From assembly GCA_964537715.1 (NCBI GenBank), contig CAZIAH010000005.1, positions 4,465 to 68,464 of the forward strand: DNA of 64,000 nt, given 5' to 3'. Position numbers and translations under genes: made by a program. Shown here in pieces: positions 8,641 through 19,108 of the stretch; the first letter of the stretch is position 1; each line of letters begins with the position of its first letter. This DNA is from an uncultured bacterium. GTDB lineage: Bacteria; Zhuqueibacterota; QNDG01; DSAB01. Below the pieces are notes generated by a model, which ran no database searches, had not been told where the DNA came from, and saw only the letters and a list, made by a program, of their open reading frames with translations.

Positions 8641-11361
8641 TTATTTATTTTTTAGTATGTGTTCACCGGAACCAATATTATCAAGATAAATGTAATCTCC
8701 CTCATGGATGCCTTTGATTTCTTTTTGATCAAAAATTATTGTAGAAGTACTATTATTGCATTTTGGGACATAAACTTTAGCTGTAACATTATCCGGTATT
8801 TTCACGCTTAATCTGTAATTGTTGTTTTCTTTTTTCCAGTCAACAAAAATATCACCCATATCTGTTTTGTAACTTCCCTGGGCATAAGAAAGTTTATCTC
8901 CAAAATCCAATGGTTTAATTTGTACTTTGTCATTCTGTGGAGACAGAGATTTGACACCTAATATATAGTTTTGGATTGCCAATAAACCTACAGCGCCCCA
9001 TGGATGTGATGTACTTTCGTTTTTCTCAATGGCATTCCACGATTCCCAGGTAACCGTCGCTCCCTGTGTTAAATTTTTGGCCCAGCCATCCCATTGGGTA
9101 TTGGTATACAAATCGATTAAGTGTTCTCCTTCACCTGCTTTGCCAAGAGCTTCTGGTAGCCACCGCAAACAAATCATTCCTACATTCATTTTACGGTTTT
9201 TTATCTCTTCAACTATCTTATCCTGGCTTTCCTTTGGAGCTATATCCAGTGCATAAGGAAGAATATTTGCATGCTGGGAAACATGCTTACTTTGTGATTT
9301 ATCGCTATAAATACCATCTATATAAACTCCATCTTCATTTAGCAGAAGCGCATTCATGGCTTCTTTTATCTGGTTTGCTTTTGTCTTATAAATATCACTA
9401 TCAGAAGTATTTCCTAAAGCGCTGGCAATCTTTGCCATAATTGCAAAATCAGCAGAGGCATAGGCATCAATAACCGTTCTTGATTCAACACTCATGTCAT
9501 ACCCATATCTCATATCCTTAGGCCAATCAATAATACCATACTCATAGGGACCTTTACCACCTTTTAAATCGCGGATTAATCCTGTATCGTCATTTCTATA
9601 AGTATCAACATAATCTGCAATCTTTTTTAATTGATGATAATGCATTTTCAGGAATGTTTTGTTACCTGTTTGCATGTAGTAATCCCAAACCCAAAAAAGG
9701 TATTGCTGTGTATAATCAGGAATGTCTCTCGCGCCATCACCGTTTGGGTAAACTGCATTTAAACGCCCATCCGGCCAATACTGATCCTGAGAATCAAGAA
9801 ATTCATTTAAGGATCGCATGTTCATTGTCCGATCATACATTACACTCAAACAAGGCACCGCCTGAGACCAGCTATCTCCCAAAAAGGGACCTTTTTCTCT
9901 TGTTGGCGTATCTAAAAAGCCTTCCTGCGCGCCAGCCATCAATGAATGAACCATTAAATTCCAAACATTGTTAAGAGTGGTATCAGAAGATTCAAGCTTG
10001 GCACAATTTGGCGCCAGCTCATAATGTCTTGTAATAAAGCTAACATTATCAAAGGTTAACACATTGGGAGAATTCTCGACCTGAAGATACTGCAAACCAA
10101 GATAAATATAGGGATTGAATACGGCTGTCTTTCCATTGAGAATAAAATAAAAGTGTAAATTGGTTTGTTGATTGATTTCTTCTGATACAGTTCCATCATT
10201 ATTTAAAACAAAACCGCCTAACATTTTTACCGTATCCCCTGAAGCGCCGCCTTCAAAATTGATTTTAAAACTTCCCGGATAAATTTTCCCCAAATCTATG
10301 ACATATTTTGAAGGTTCTATACGCGTCACTGAGACCGGTTTGATCTCTTTTTCAATGATCCGGACGAGGTCCGACCTTAAAATCCCGGTCCAAGGCTGAG
10401 TTGGCTGAGATCCGATCTCGGTTGCAAACTCCCAACCTGAATCATCAAGCTCCTGTGTATTCCAGTTCTCAATTGTTTTACGGCTGTCAATTTTTTCTAC
10501 CCTGCCGACACCTTCACCATTACGCTGAGGCTGACCCGTAATCCACTGAGTAACCTGTGTCTGCTTCCATGTTTTATCGGTACCCAAAATAGTGGATGTT
10601 GAATCTGTATATTCAATGATGGCTTTCATCAGAAATCCGCGCGTGCCTTTTGCCCGCCCTTGCCCAGCGCCATACCAATGCGTTAAACATGCAAACAGAT
10701 TCTCATCATTGCCGAATAGATAGGATGTGACATCCCAGGCATGATAATAACTGTATTGCGGATAATGATGATTGAAACCCTTGCCGACAAACTTTCCATT
10801 TATATAAAGTTCATAACTATGACATGCGGTTATATAAACAACGGCCCGTTTTATCTCTTTGGCGGGCAGCGTGACACGCTTCCGATAATAGGTATAATCA
10901 TCCTCTCCTTCAGTATCACGTTTTATCCATTCAGCGCCAGACCAATCGCTGTTTGAGAAGAGTCCGGTTGCAAAGGTGGCAGGATCAGAGAAAGGACTGA
11001 CATTTCCATCTTTATCCCAGATTCTGACTTTCCAGAGATATTGTGCGGCTGGTTTAAGCTTTTTTCCTTGATAGTAAACATAGTTTTGCAGCCTGGATTC
11101 GGTCTTTCCACTATCCCAGATATCACCAAGTCCTGAATCGAGTTTTGACTTGCATGAAGATACGATAACCTGGTAGGCAGTTTGAATCTCATTATTATCA
11201 GGATCACTGTTAAACCATGCAAAATAGGGCGTTTCAGAAACACCTGCCGGGTCAACTTTGTCATCACATCTTAAATTAAATGGAGCATCGGGTTCGGAAG
11301 CGCTTAGTTGAAAAGATACGCCTAATAGCAGCAGAATGAATACAATTTTATGTTTAATCAT
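8641..11361 (-). CDS. GH78 alpha-L-rhamnosidase, secreted
   Basis: ORF 8641..11379. ATG at 11361 is preceded by AAAGAGGAAACA. Signal peptide MIKHKIVFILLLLGVSFQLSA. Bacterial rhamnosidase N-terminal signature PYFAWFNSDPDNNEIQTAYQVIVSS. Six-hairpin region (WDYYMQTGN, HPWGAVGL). Confidence 0.8.
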   Translation of the reverse strand: MIKHKIVFILLLLGVSFQLSASEPDAPFNLRCDDKVDPAGVSETPYFAWFNSDPDNNEIQTAYQVIVSSCKSKLDSGLGDIWDSGKTESRLQNYVYYQGKKLKPAAQYLWKVRIWDKDGNVSPFSDPATFATGLFSNSDWSGAEWIKRDTEGEDDYTYYRKRVTLPAKEIKRAVVYITACHSYELYINGKFVGKGFNHHYPQYSYYHAWDVTSYLFGNDENLFACLTHWYGAGQGRAKGTRGFLMKAIIEYTDSTSTILGTDKTWKQTQVTQWITGQPQRNGEGVGRVEKIDSRKTIENWNTQELDDSGWEFATEIGSQPTQPWTGILRSDLVRIIEKEIKPVSVTRIEPSKYVIDLGKIYPGSFKINFEGGASGDTVKMLGGFVLNNDGTVSEEINQQTNLHFYFILNGKTAVFNPYIYLGLQYLQVENSPNVLTFDNVSFITRHYELAPNCAKLESSDTTLNNVWNLMVHSLMAGAQEGFLDTPTREKGPFLGDSWSQAVPCLSVMYDRTMNMRSLNEFLDSQDQYWPDGRLNAVYPNGDGARDIPDYTQQYLFWVWDYYMQTGNKTFLKMHYHQLKKIADYVDTYRNDDTGLIRDLKGGKGPYEYGIIDWPKDMRYGYDMSVESRTVIDAYASADFAIMAKIASALGNTSDSDIYKTKANQIKEAMNALLLNEDGVYIDGIYSDKSQSKHVSQHANILPYALDIAPKESQDKIVEEIKNRKMNVGMICLRWLPEALGKAGEGEHLIDLYTNTQWDGWAKNLTQGATVTWESWNAIEKNESTSHPWGAVGLLAIQNYILGVKSLSPQNDKVQIKPLDFGDKLSYAQGSYKTDMGDIFVDWKKENNNYRLSVKIPDNVTAKVYVPKCNNSTSTIIFDQKEIKGIHEGDYIYLDNIGSGEHILKNK

Positions 11362-11453
11362 TGTTTCCTCTTTTATCATTTTTTCTGCAATATTTTACTC
11401 ATTGTGTAAATTTAAATGCTGAACCCGGTATTTTGGGCCGGAGAATATTTGTA

Positions 11454-12992
11454 TTAAAATGCTTTATCCTTCACTTCTTCCAATTTTGTATTCTCAACCG
11501 ATTCACACTGGTTCGTCTCAAAATTTTTCACATTCTTCAACGTAAACATGGGCACATCTTTCATCTTCTGTATATCCACATTATTGAATTCTGCATTTTT
11601 TACATCTTCCAAAACAAAAGCCGGACGTGCATCATCATTCACATAATGAATTTCGACGTTGTTAAATTCAATACCATCTACGTGGCGAACGAAAAAACCA
11701 TAAGCCGGTATTTTACCAAAGAAACGGGGATCCGGGTAATGGTCTTCCAGTTCCGGGACCTCTATCGTGGTATATTCTTCAGGTGCGCCGCCTGTGACCA
11801 GAAACTGGATATTGTTGAGTTTAACATCCTCGATATTATGACCGGGAATGCCCAGAATCAGCGATGCAGACTCGGGATTGGCGTTATTCACGATGACATC
11901 GCTAATGTTGATATGGCGCATCGCTCCAATTTTCATATCCTTTGGTCCGCGCATCCGACGGCCGATCCTTAGGAAAAGTGGCGAATTGGTAATATCCCGC
12001 ATGGTGATATTGGAAATAGTAACATCTTCGAGAATACCGCCGTCTACTGTTTCCAGAGCCAATCCACGGCAATGATCGAACGTGCAATTGGTAATTGTGA
12101 TATTCTTGAAACCGCCATTGGATTCCGTACCGAATTTTATGCGTCCCGTTACACCTCCATGATCCGGCGCCTCCTTTTGTGTTTTTTGAAAAGTACCGTC
12201 AAGTAACGTGTGCAAATCATAACCGCTAACCTGACAGTTGCTAATCATCACATTTTCTGTTGCCCGGGCATAACCCAGCGCGTATGAACTTTTCAACACA
12301 ATCGCATCGTCATTCGGGGTATTGATAAGACAGTTCGATATACGCACATTTAAACAGCAGTCAATATTAATTGCATCACGATTGGTATCGATCATTAGAT
12401 TATCAATCGTGAAATTATCCACCCCGGTAGGCAAAATGGCGAAGTGCCCGCATTTCTCCATAGTAATATCACGAATAGTCACATTCCGGCAATTTTTAAG
12501 TGCAATCGCTTTGTTTCCGGCGCCCACTTCCTCGGGGTGATCCCATTTCTGCAAGCCATCTCCCTGAATTTTACCCGGACCACTTATCGAGATATTATTT
12601 AAGCACTCGCCCCAAATCAGGCTGTTTTGCCAATGGCTGTGCCCAAAATCCTGGTACATATCCCATTCGTTTGGTTCCGCCGGATCATACCCGCCATCAT
12701 AATCCATATGGCTTGCCGCCAGGATGACCGCGCCATGATCGAGATACAGACCAATATTGCTTTTTAGGCGAATAGTAAAACATAAATAGGTTCCGGCCGG
12801 GAAGTAAACAGTACCGCCGCCTGCTTCTTCGGCTGCATCGATGGCTTTATTAATTGCCGGAGAATCAATCACTTTACCGTTGCCGGTTGCGCCATAGTCT
12901 TTTACATTATACTGACTAGCGAATAAGGGCAAGGCCGTTATTGCAATTAATAACAATAAAACGGTTCGAATTTTATTTCGCTGGATAAACAT
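11454..12992 (-). CDS. GH28-family pectin-type hydrolase (rhamnogalacturonase/exo-polygalacturonase-like), secreted
   Basis: 512 aa. Signal peptide. N-terminal YNVKDYGATGNGKVIDSPAINKAIDAA..GGGTVYFPAGTYL motif of pectate-lyase-fold glycosidases. Repeated beta-helix coils (NRDAINID, NDDAIVLKS, DHGGVTGRIKFGTE). SD AAGGAAAGGAA before the ATG. Confidence 0.7.
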   Translation of the reverse strand: MFIQRNKIRTVLLLLIAITALPLFASQYNVKDYGATGNGKVIDSPAINKAIDAAEEAGGGTVYFPAGTYLCFTIRLKSNIGLYLDHGAVILAASHMDYDGGYDPAEPNEWDMYQDFGHSHWQNSLIWGECLNNISISGPGKIQGDGLQKWDHPEEVGAGNKAIALKNCRNVTIRDITMEKCGHFAILPTGVDNFTIDNLMIDTNRDAINIDCCLNVRISNCLINTPNDDAIVLKSSYALGYARATENVMISNCQVSGYDLHTLLDGTFQKTQKEAPDHGGVTGRIKFGTESNGGFKNITITNCTFDHCRGLALETVDGGILEDVTISNITMRDITNSPLFLRIGRRMRGPKDMKIGAMRHINISDVIVNNANPESASLILGIPGHNIEDVKLNNIQFLVTGGAPEEYTTIEVPELEDHYPDPRFFGKIPAYGFFVRHVDGIEFNNVEIHYVNDDARPAFVLEDVKNAEFNNVDIQKMKDVPMFTLKNVKNFETNQCESVENTKLEEVKDKAF

Positions 12993-13017
12993 GCTGGGTT
13001 CCTTTCCTTGTTGAATG

Positions 13018-14139
13018 CTATTTTACACTTACATCCCAAACTTTGGATAATCTTGACTTCCCATCCGGTCCTTTTACATCCAGAATTACAACATAGCTAT
13101 CGGCTTCCTTATATTCATGAAGCGGATTTTGTTCCGTTGATGATGTTCCATCGCCAAAATCCCAATGCCATGAAGAAATATCACCATAAGATTGATCCTT
13201 AAAGGCTACCAGACGGCGTTTCATATCAATAACCTGGAACGACCAATCCGCCTGAACAGGTTTGCGGAATTGCGGTTCGAGCGGCATAAGTTGAAAAGCG
13301 CATAAATAAGAGGCCTGGCCGTACATTAAATGGTGGCGGGAGAGGTTCCAGAAACAATTGTGATTATCATTCACATCATCATAATCCAACACCGCAAAGG
13401 ACAAACCAATGATCTTATTGACTTCCAACACAGAAGGAATGGCTCTTTCAGGCCCTTCCGGTCCGGCATAATCAAATGGTGTGATCCAGAATTCCAGTAT
13501 AAGCTTCCCCGATTCACCTGGTTTGAAATCATACTTACAAACCGCATTAGCAAAAGGAAGTTTTTTGATCCAGGGCTGAACGCCCCAAACCATGGTCCAG
13601 TCTTTATCTTTCGCCGGGGTAAAAATATGATAATTTTGCGCATGCACACCATGGATCGCCCATTTTGCATCGGTATTGCTAATCCGCTCATCGCCGGGAG
13701 CAGCCGCGCCTACGATCTCCGGTTTCCACAATTTTTCATATTCCTTTGGGATCAACGGGCCGCCGGATGCATCGCCATCGACAACCACTTCAAACTCATC
13801 ATTATGCAAAGTGGGTAATGAAAAATCCCAATAATTATCATAGGCTTCATACAGAAAATAGAGTCGATTCAGCCCTTTTACCCATCCCACACGTACGCAT
13901 ACATCAAGGTTTTTGGGATCAACCGTATCATGATTCCCGCTATCATCGACGAGTTGATCTGTGCGGATGCAATACGTTTCCGGCACCATGTTCCAATCCG
14001 TGGTATCACCATCGATCCTCGGGATCATGTTGGTGGGAAATTGGAAAATCTTGAATGTTATTTCAGGCCGATCTAGAGCGAACGCTGATGAATAAATGCT
14101 TAGAATAAGGTTTAAAATGATTATTTGTGATTGTTTCAT
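13018..14139 (-). CDS. Secreted protein with N-terminal carbohydrate-binding-like (CBM9/DOMON-like) region and C-terminal PKD domain
   Basis: 373 aa. Signal peptide. C-terminal WDFGDGTSSTEQNPLHEYKEADSYVVILDV matches the PKD domain consensus. No recognisable catalytic motifs. Confidence 0.5.
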   Translation of the reverse strand: MKQSQIIILNLILSIYSSAFALDRPEITFKIFQFPTNMIPRIDGDTTDWNMVPETYCIRTDQLVDDSGNHDTVDPKNLDVCVRVGWVKGLNRLYFLYEAYDNYWDFSLPTLHNDEFEVVVDGDASGGPLIPKEYEKLWKPEIVGAAAPGDERISNTDAKWAIHGVHAQNYHIFTPAKDKDWTMVWGVQPWIKKLPFANAVCKYDFKPGESGKLILEFWITPFDYAGPEGPERAIPSVLEVNKIIGLSFAVLDYDDVNDNHNCFWNLSRHHLMYGQASYLCAFQLMPLEPQFRKPVQADWSFQVIDMKRRLVAFKDQSYGDISSWHWDFGDGTSSTEQNPLHEYKEADSYVVILDVKGPDGKSRLSKVWDVSVK

Positions 14140-14225
14140 GTTTTGGCCTTAATTAAATAACAAACGGACAACAGAGAACGAAGAGTTTTTTCTTCCGTTT
14201 CCCATCTTCCATGTTCCGTTCTCCT

Positions 14226-15482
14226 TTATTTAGCATTCTTCAGAATAATGGCATCACCTTCTTCAACGTTGATTGTCAGACCGGAAAGATCCAGACCTTT
14301 GACATTTTCTACGATAAAACCCGTTTTCGCATTGATTTTACAATTCTCAAAGACAACATTCTCAATAGGACTTTCATCGAGTCCGTACATATCGCCTACC
14401 TTATCAACAGTACCGGAAACATTGATAATCTTTACATTGCGAACAACTGGCAATGGATCAGAGGGTGGTTTGATTGGCGGCACCATACGCCAGGCCATAT
14501 TGAATTCAAAAGCTTTACGGGTTTTTTTAAGCGTGATATCACGATAAGTGATATTTTCCACCACACCGCCGCGGCTTGGTTGCGATTTAAAGCGAATAGG
14601 CGCCCAATTATCAGCTTCAACCACGCAATTGCGAATCTCAACTTTACGGATACCACCGGACATTTCACTACCCATTGAAACGCCACCGTGACCATAACGT
14701 AAATTGCACTTTTCAACAAGAATATCCTCAGCGGATCGATTGACGCGCCTCCCATCTTCATCTTTACCGGATTTAATGGCGATGCAATCATCATTTACAT
14801 CAATATCGCAATTGGTGATGCGGACGCGGGTGCTGGAATCGACATCGATACCATCGGAACTGATGATGTTGTGTTCAGCACGGATGGTCAGGTTTTCAGC
14901 AACGACGTCTTCGGAATAGAGAATGAACAAACACCAGCATGCTTGGTTTTTTAAATTCAAGTCGGACACCAGCACATTTTTGCAGTTCTGAATGGCGATC
15001 AGGCGCGGCCGTCCAACCTTCAATTTTTCACTTCCGCGCGGATAGCGTTCCATCCACTGATCACCCGATCCATCAATAGTTCCCTCGCCTGTAAATTTGA
15101 AGTCGGTCATTTGAAATGCATTGATTAAAGCAGACGTCCATTTCTTTTCCTCACCTTCCCAACGCGTGAACACCTGGGGATAATCATCGGGATTATCTGT
15201 GCCTTTTAACACACCGTCTTTTTCAATATGGAGATTAACGCCCTGCTTAAGAAAAATGGCTCCGGTGAGAAAAACACCTTTAGGAATGACCAGCGTACCG
15301 CCGCCTTCTTCGGCGCATTTGTCAATCGCTGCCTGGATGGCTTTGGTATTTAACGTTTGACCGTCATCGACAGCGCCGTGATCTGTAATAATAGTGCGCT
15401 TGGTCGGTTTTACAGATGAGCAATTAAGAAAGGTTAGAGAAAAAATGATTAAAATGATAACTGTGATGGATTTTCGAAACAT
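14226..15482 (-). CDS. GH28 glycoside hydrolase (polygalacturonase/rhamnogalacturonan hydrolase family), lipoprotein
   Basis: 418 aa. Lipobox LTFLNCSS. Canonical GH28 motifs SDGIDVDSS, NDDCIAIKSG, GHGGVSMGSE and RFK. SD GAAGGAG before the ATG. Confidence 0.85.
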   Translation of the reverse strand: MFRKSITVIILIIFSLTFLNCSSVKPTKRTIITDHGAVDDGQTLNTKAIQAAIDKCAEEGGGTLVIPKGVFLTGAIFLKQGVNLHIEKDGVLKGTDNPDDYPQVFTRWEGEEKKWTSALINAFQMTDFKFTGEGTIDGSGDQWMERYPRGSEKLKVGRPRLIAIQNCKNVLVSDLNLKNQACWCLFILYSEDVVAENLTIRAEHNIISSDGIDVDSSTRVRITNCDIDVNDDCIAIKSGKDEDGRRVNRSAEDILVEKCNLRYGHGGVSMGSEMSGGIRKVEIRNCVVEADNWAPIRFKSQPSRGGVVENITYRDITLKKTRKAFEFNMAWRMVPPIKPPSDPLPVVRNVKIINVSGTVDKVGDMYGLDESPIENVVFENCKINAKTGFIVENVKGLDLSGLTINVEEGDAIILKNAK

Positions 15483-15552
15483 TGATTACTCCTTCAGAGA
15501 TAAAAAGGATTATCTGACATTGTTTGATATTCTGTCCGGCTGATGCCTCAAA

Positions 15553-17580
15553 TCACTTAAGCAGTACCATTTGACGGGATTGACTGACTGTTTCTCCACC
15601 TGTATTTATTTCCATTCTGTAGATATAAACACCGGAAGCCGCAAAATCGTTGTAATCATTGCGCCCATTCCAGCTTATTTCAAAGGTGCCTGCAGATTGA
15701 TGCTGATTGATAAGCGTTCGCACCTTTTCTCCCTTCAGATTGTAGATGTTCAACCGGATATCGGCCGAAGTCGGTAATGAGTAACAAATGGTGGTTGACG
15801 GATTAAAGGGATTGGGATAATTCTCTAAAAGTGTGAAAGTGTCCGGGAAATCATTGTTGATGTGTTTAACAATAGTCGGGGTATTATTTATTTTCTGAAT
15901 GAGTTCAATACCTTCACCTGTACCCAGATTGCGGCTGTACTGTTTGTCTGTAGAATTATTCCAATGTTCGTGTACTCCCAGGCTTTCTAAGCGTGTGCCA
16001 TCGCCTTCCGGATCATAGAACGTTTCTGATGGTGGATTATCAGCCTGGGCCGCTTCATGAAGATAATTATCCGCAGTACCATCCGGTACGCCCCAGTCTG
16101 AGCACCTTAAAAAATCCAGCAGCACGGACTCCATAGCGACAAAATCCTGGCTCATGAACAGACTTGATGCCGGGCCGCCATTGAAGGGTTCTATCGACCA
16201 TGGTACTTTACGAAGACGTTCGGCTAACAACAGAAAGGTTTTCCCTCCCAGCTCTTTATGCCCCATAAGATCAACCAGTACATTGTAGGAACCCATTGGA
16301 AGCTCATGCCAGTTACCAAGGGTAAGGGCGGCAACCCCATAGTGCATAAAGTACGGACACCAGCCATGGTAATAATAAGAATTCGTTCCAGGAGGGTTGG
16401 GATGGTAGACCGAGCCGAAGAAGTTCTTGGCACAGCAGGTAACACCTGCTAGTTCATGAGCGCGCGGCAGACAAAAACTGATAAGATACTTTGCCTCTGA
16501 AGCTACTGTGGGCAGACATACCTTGCCGCTGCTACCCGGTACCAGAGTTGTATCGCTATAATATATCACACAGTTAGTATCGGGTACTACCTTTTCGCGG
16601 GTACCGGGATTATCGCCAGGGCCGTTTTCATAACCATGTCCATCAACACGGTCAGTGCAATCGCCTTCGGCCCAGCGCACACCCGGAAAGTCTGTATGAC
16701 AGTAGTTATATATGGGATCGCCATGATAGAAAACGCAATCATAGAAGGTAATATCCTCATCCGGCACGCCTGCTTTACTTACAAGATGCCAGATCAGAGC
16801 ATAAATCATTTGCGGACTATGCCGGTTTTCCTGATTGTCAGTCCATTCGTAAAAACGGGACTCAATATTATTGATTTTTATGGCAATTTTATCACCAGCC
16901 TGATAGCCTGTATTATCCTGGTTGTAACGCTCTTTATTGAAGTATTTGAAAAGGGAATCCCAAGCTTCGGTTGGATCGCTAATCCCTGTCATGTTGGTTA
17001 GCGCCAGGGTCATCATGTTCCGGGCGACTTCAGGATCGGTGCGCTCATCATCCCACCAATCCCCATCCTGCCTGCCTTGATCACAGAGTAGGCTGTCATA
17101 AACCCACACAACGCGTCCGGGATGAATCCCTTTGGCCGTACCTATCGGAGTATTGGGCGAATCAGTGGGGGTAAAATTTGTTGTACCGAAAATGTTTGCA
17201 GCTGATGCAGAAACATCGCGTATATCATTCATAGTGAAAAAACAAACCAGTACAGCCGTTACAAATGAGATTGCCCCAACGATATACTGCCGTTTTTGGA
17301 AGAGGTGACGGGCCTTACACACTATAAAAGTGGACCCCAACAATCCTAACAACCAGGTGATAAAACCCGCTGCTATTGGTTGTGCTACCCGTTGGCAGGG
17401 ATAGGCCGCGCGGCTGGGCTTGGGTACTACCCGGATAAGAACCCAGACAACAGAGGCCAGACCAATCACAATCCACAACCATGGCGTCTTTCCTTCTACT
17501 TTTTTAAGTCCGGTTATTTTACCGGTTCTGGAGCACACTGTGAACCGTTTCATGATCAGTCGTCTGATATTTGAAAACAT
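15553..17580 (-). CDS. Membrane-anchored protein with DUF362-like central domain and T9SS C-terminal sorting domain, function unknown
   Basis: 675 aa. ATG 17580 is preceded by the SD CAGGAGTAA. Three hydrophobic N-terminal segments (WLWIVIGLASVVWVLIRVV, IAAGFITWLLGLLGSTF, IVGAISFVTAVLVCFF). Central region with GDKIAIKINNIE and Cys/His-rich stretch. C-terminal LLENYPNPFNPSTTICYSL...LLK matches the T9SS CTD. Confidence 0.4.
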   Translation of the reverse strand: MFSNIRRLIMKRFTVCSRTGKITGLKKVEGKTPWLWIVIGLASVVWVLIRVVPKPSRAAYPCQRVAQPIAAGFITWLLGLLGSTFIVCKARHLFQKRQYIVGAISFVTAVLVCFFTMNDIRDVSASAANIFGTTNFTPTDSPNTPIGTAKGIHPGRVVWVYDSLLCDQGRQDGDWWDDERTDPEVARNMMTLALTNMTGISDPTEAWDSLFKYFNKERYNQDNTGYQAGDKIAIKINNIESRFYEWTDNQENRHSPQMIYALIWHLVSKAGVPDEDITFYDCVFYHGDPIYNYCHTDFPGVRWAEGDCTDRVDGHGYENGPGDNPGTREKVVPDTNCVIYYSDTTLVPGSSGKVCLPTVASEAKYLISFCLPRAHELAGVTCCAKNFFGSVYHPNPPGTNSYYYHGWCPYFMHYGVAALTLGNWHELPMGSYNVLVDLMGHKELGGKTFLLLAERLRKVPWSIEPFNGGPASSLFMSQDFVAMESVLLDFLRCSDWGVPDGTADNYLHEAAQADNPPSETFYDPEGDGTRLESLGVHEHWNNSTDKQYSRNLGTGEGIELIQKINNTPTIVKHINNDFPDTFTLLENYPNPFNPSTTICYSLPTSADIRLNIYNLKGEKVRTLINQHQSAGTFEISWNGRNDYNDFAASGVYIYRMEINTGGETVSQSRQMVLLK

Positions 17581-17615
17581 GGATTACTCCTGTTGAAATA
17601 ATATCTTCGGTTAAA

Positions 17616-19088
17616 TTATGAAGATTTTTTCCGTTTCTGCAAATCTTTTTCAATTGTTATCAACAAGTTATCATTGACCGGATAAAAGAACAGCAATAGA
17701 CCACAAACTGCTAAAAAACCAGCAGGAATAAGACTAAACAACCATTTAATACCATTTAGCGTATGGGGCATGATCGTTTCACCTTTGATGTAGCCGAATT
17801 GGCCCAACATATAAAGCGCCAGAAATCCACCAACAGCCACACCCGCCTTGATTGCAAACATGATCCCGGCAGTGACCAGTCCTGTTGCGCGTTGTTTAAA
17901 TTTCCATTCGTGAAAATCGGCCACATCGGCGAACATGGCAAACAGAAACACCGGCATAGCGCCGGCCAATATCGCCCAGATAAAATTCATAACACAGAGC
18001 AGTATAAAATTAGACTCCGGCAACCAGTAGAAAATCGCACCGAAAAAAGCACCCGCCAATGTGACCACAATGATAGTCAATTTTTTATCAAAATATTTTT
18101 TAAGCGGTGTGCTCAAGAAAACACCGACCATCATACCCACCGTACCAACAGTAAGAAATGTCGTGGTTTGGTCGAAATCGAGTTTGAGCGTACCAATAGT
18201 AAATGACCACAACACCTTGCTGCCCTCGCCGTTCACATAATCAAAATAATAAGCAACCATACCGTTGCGAATCATGTTATGGATGAGCCAGAATATGGAG
18301 GCAACAAATATCACGATCCAGGGGATGTTTTTTGATACATTTTTCAGATCACCAATAAAGGAACTTTTCTGCTCTTTGGGTGGTGCTACACGTTCACGTG
18401 TGGTGAGAAATGTAATGAGCAGCAGAATAATGGCAATAGTTCCGAATACGCCCATCGTTACCTGGAAACCCAATGCCTGGCTGTAACCCAGATCAGGATT
18501 GTAGCCCGGATGTGACGGATTATTTCCAAAGAACCGAGCCAAAGGCAGAGTGAACGTCGTAATCAGCATCGCACCAACAAAGGCGAAAAAGAAGCGGTAC
18601 TGTGCCAGCGTCGTCCGCTCTTTGGGATTTGGCGTCATCACTGCCATCATCGAGGAGTAGGGAATGTTGATAGCCGTGTACGCCATGGTGGCTAAAATAT
18701 AGGTGACATAGGCATAAACCACTTTCATACTTTGGCTGAGGTCCGGCGTGATGAACATAGCGAAGGCCAGAATACCGTAGGGAACAGCCATCCACAATAA
18801 ATAGGGGCGAAATTTACCCCAGCGGGTATTGGTTCTGTCCGCAATCATCCCCATGATAGGATCGTTAATCATATCCCAAACACGAGTGATGAGGAACATG
18901 AAACTGGCCACTTTTGCGTCGATACCAAACACATCCGTGTAAAAAATCATCAGAAAGAAGCTCCAGGCCTGGTACAGAATATTGGACGCCGTATCCCCAA
19001 GTCCGTAGCCGATCTTTTCGACAACGGATAAGTGATTGCCTAAGCCACTAAAGTTTACTTCCGAAGCCGAATTTTTGTGTTCGTTCAC
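17616..19088 (-). CDS. GPH-family glycoside-pentoside-hexuronide:cation symporter (MFS superfamily)
   Basis: 490 aa. 12 predicted TM segments. GPH signature region GYGLGD..NILYQ..FFLMIFYTDVFGI...DRTNTRWGKFRPYLL. Confidence 0.85.
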   Translation of the reverse strand: MNEHKNSASEVNFSGLGNHLSVVEKIGYGLGDTASNILYQAWSFFLMIFYTDVFGIDAKVASFMFLITRVWDMINDPIMGMIADRTNTRWGKFRPYLLWMAVPYGILAFAMFITPDLSQSMKVVYAYVTYILATMAYTAINIPYSSMMAVMTPNPKERTTLAQYRFFFAFVGAMLITTFTLPLARFFGNNPSHPGYNPDLGYSQALGFQVTMGVFGTIAIILLLITFLTTRERVAPPKEQKSSFIGDLKNVSKNIPWIVIFVASIFWLIHNMIRNGMVAYYFDYVNGEGSKVLWSFTIGTLKLDFDQTTTFLTVGTVGMMVGVFLSTPLKKYFDKKLTIIVVTLAGAFFGAIFYWLPESNFILLCVMNFIWAILAGAMPVFLFAMFADVADFHEWKFKQRATGLVTAGIMFAIKAGVAVGGFLALYMLGQFGYIKGETIMPHTLNGIKWLFSLIPAGFLAVCGLLLFFYPVNDNLLITIEKDLQKRKKSS

Positions 19089-19108
19089 TCTTAATTTTTC
19101 CTTCCGCC

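Noticed and set aside
8628-8717. 29-aa plus-strand mini-ORF with strong SD (GGAAGGAG)
   Set aside because: The SD-like sequence is the by-product of the 18-bp hairpin's right arm. The ORF overlaps the GH78 C-terminus antisense. No supporting features.
11361-11972. 203-aa plus-strand ORF overlapping the GH28 gene
   Set aside because: Antisense shadow ORF. Low-complexity Phe/Ile/His-rich translation. The opposite strand has clear GH28 motifs.
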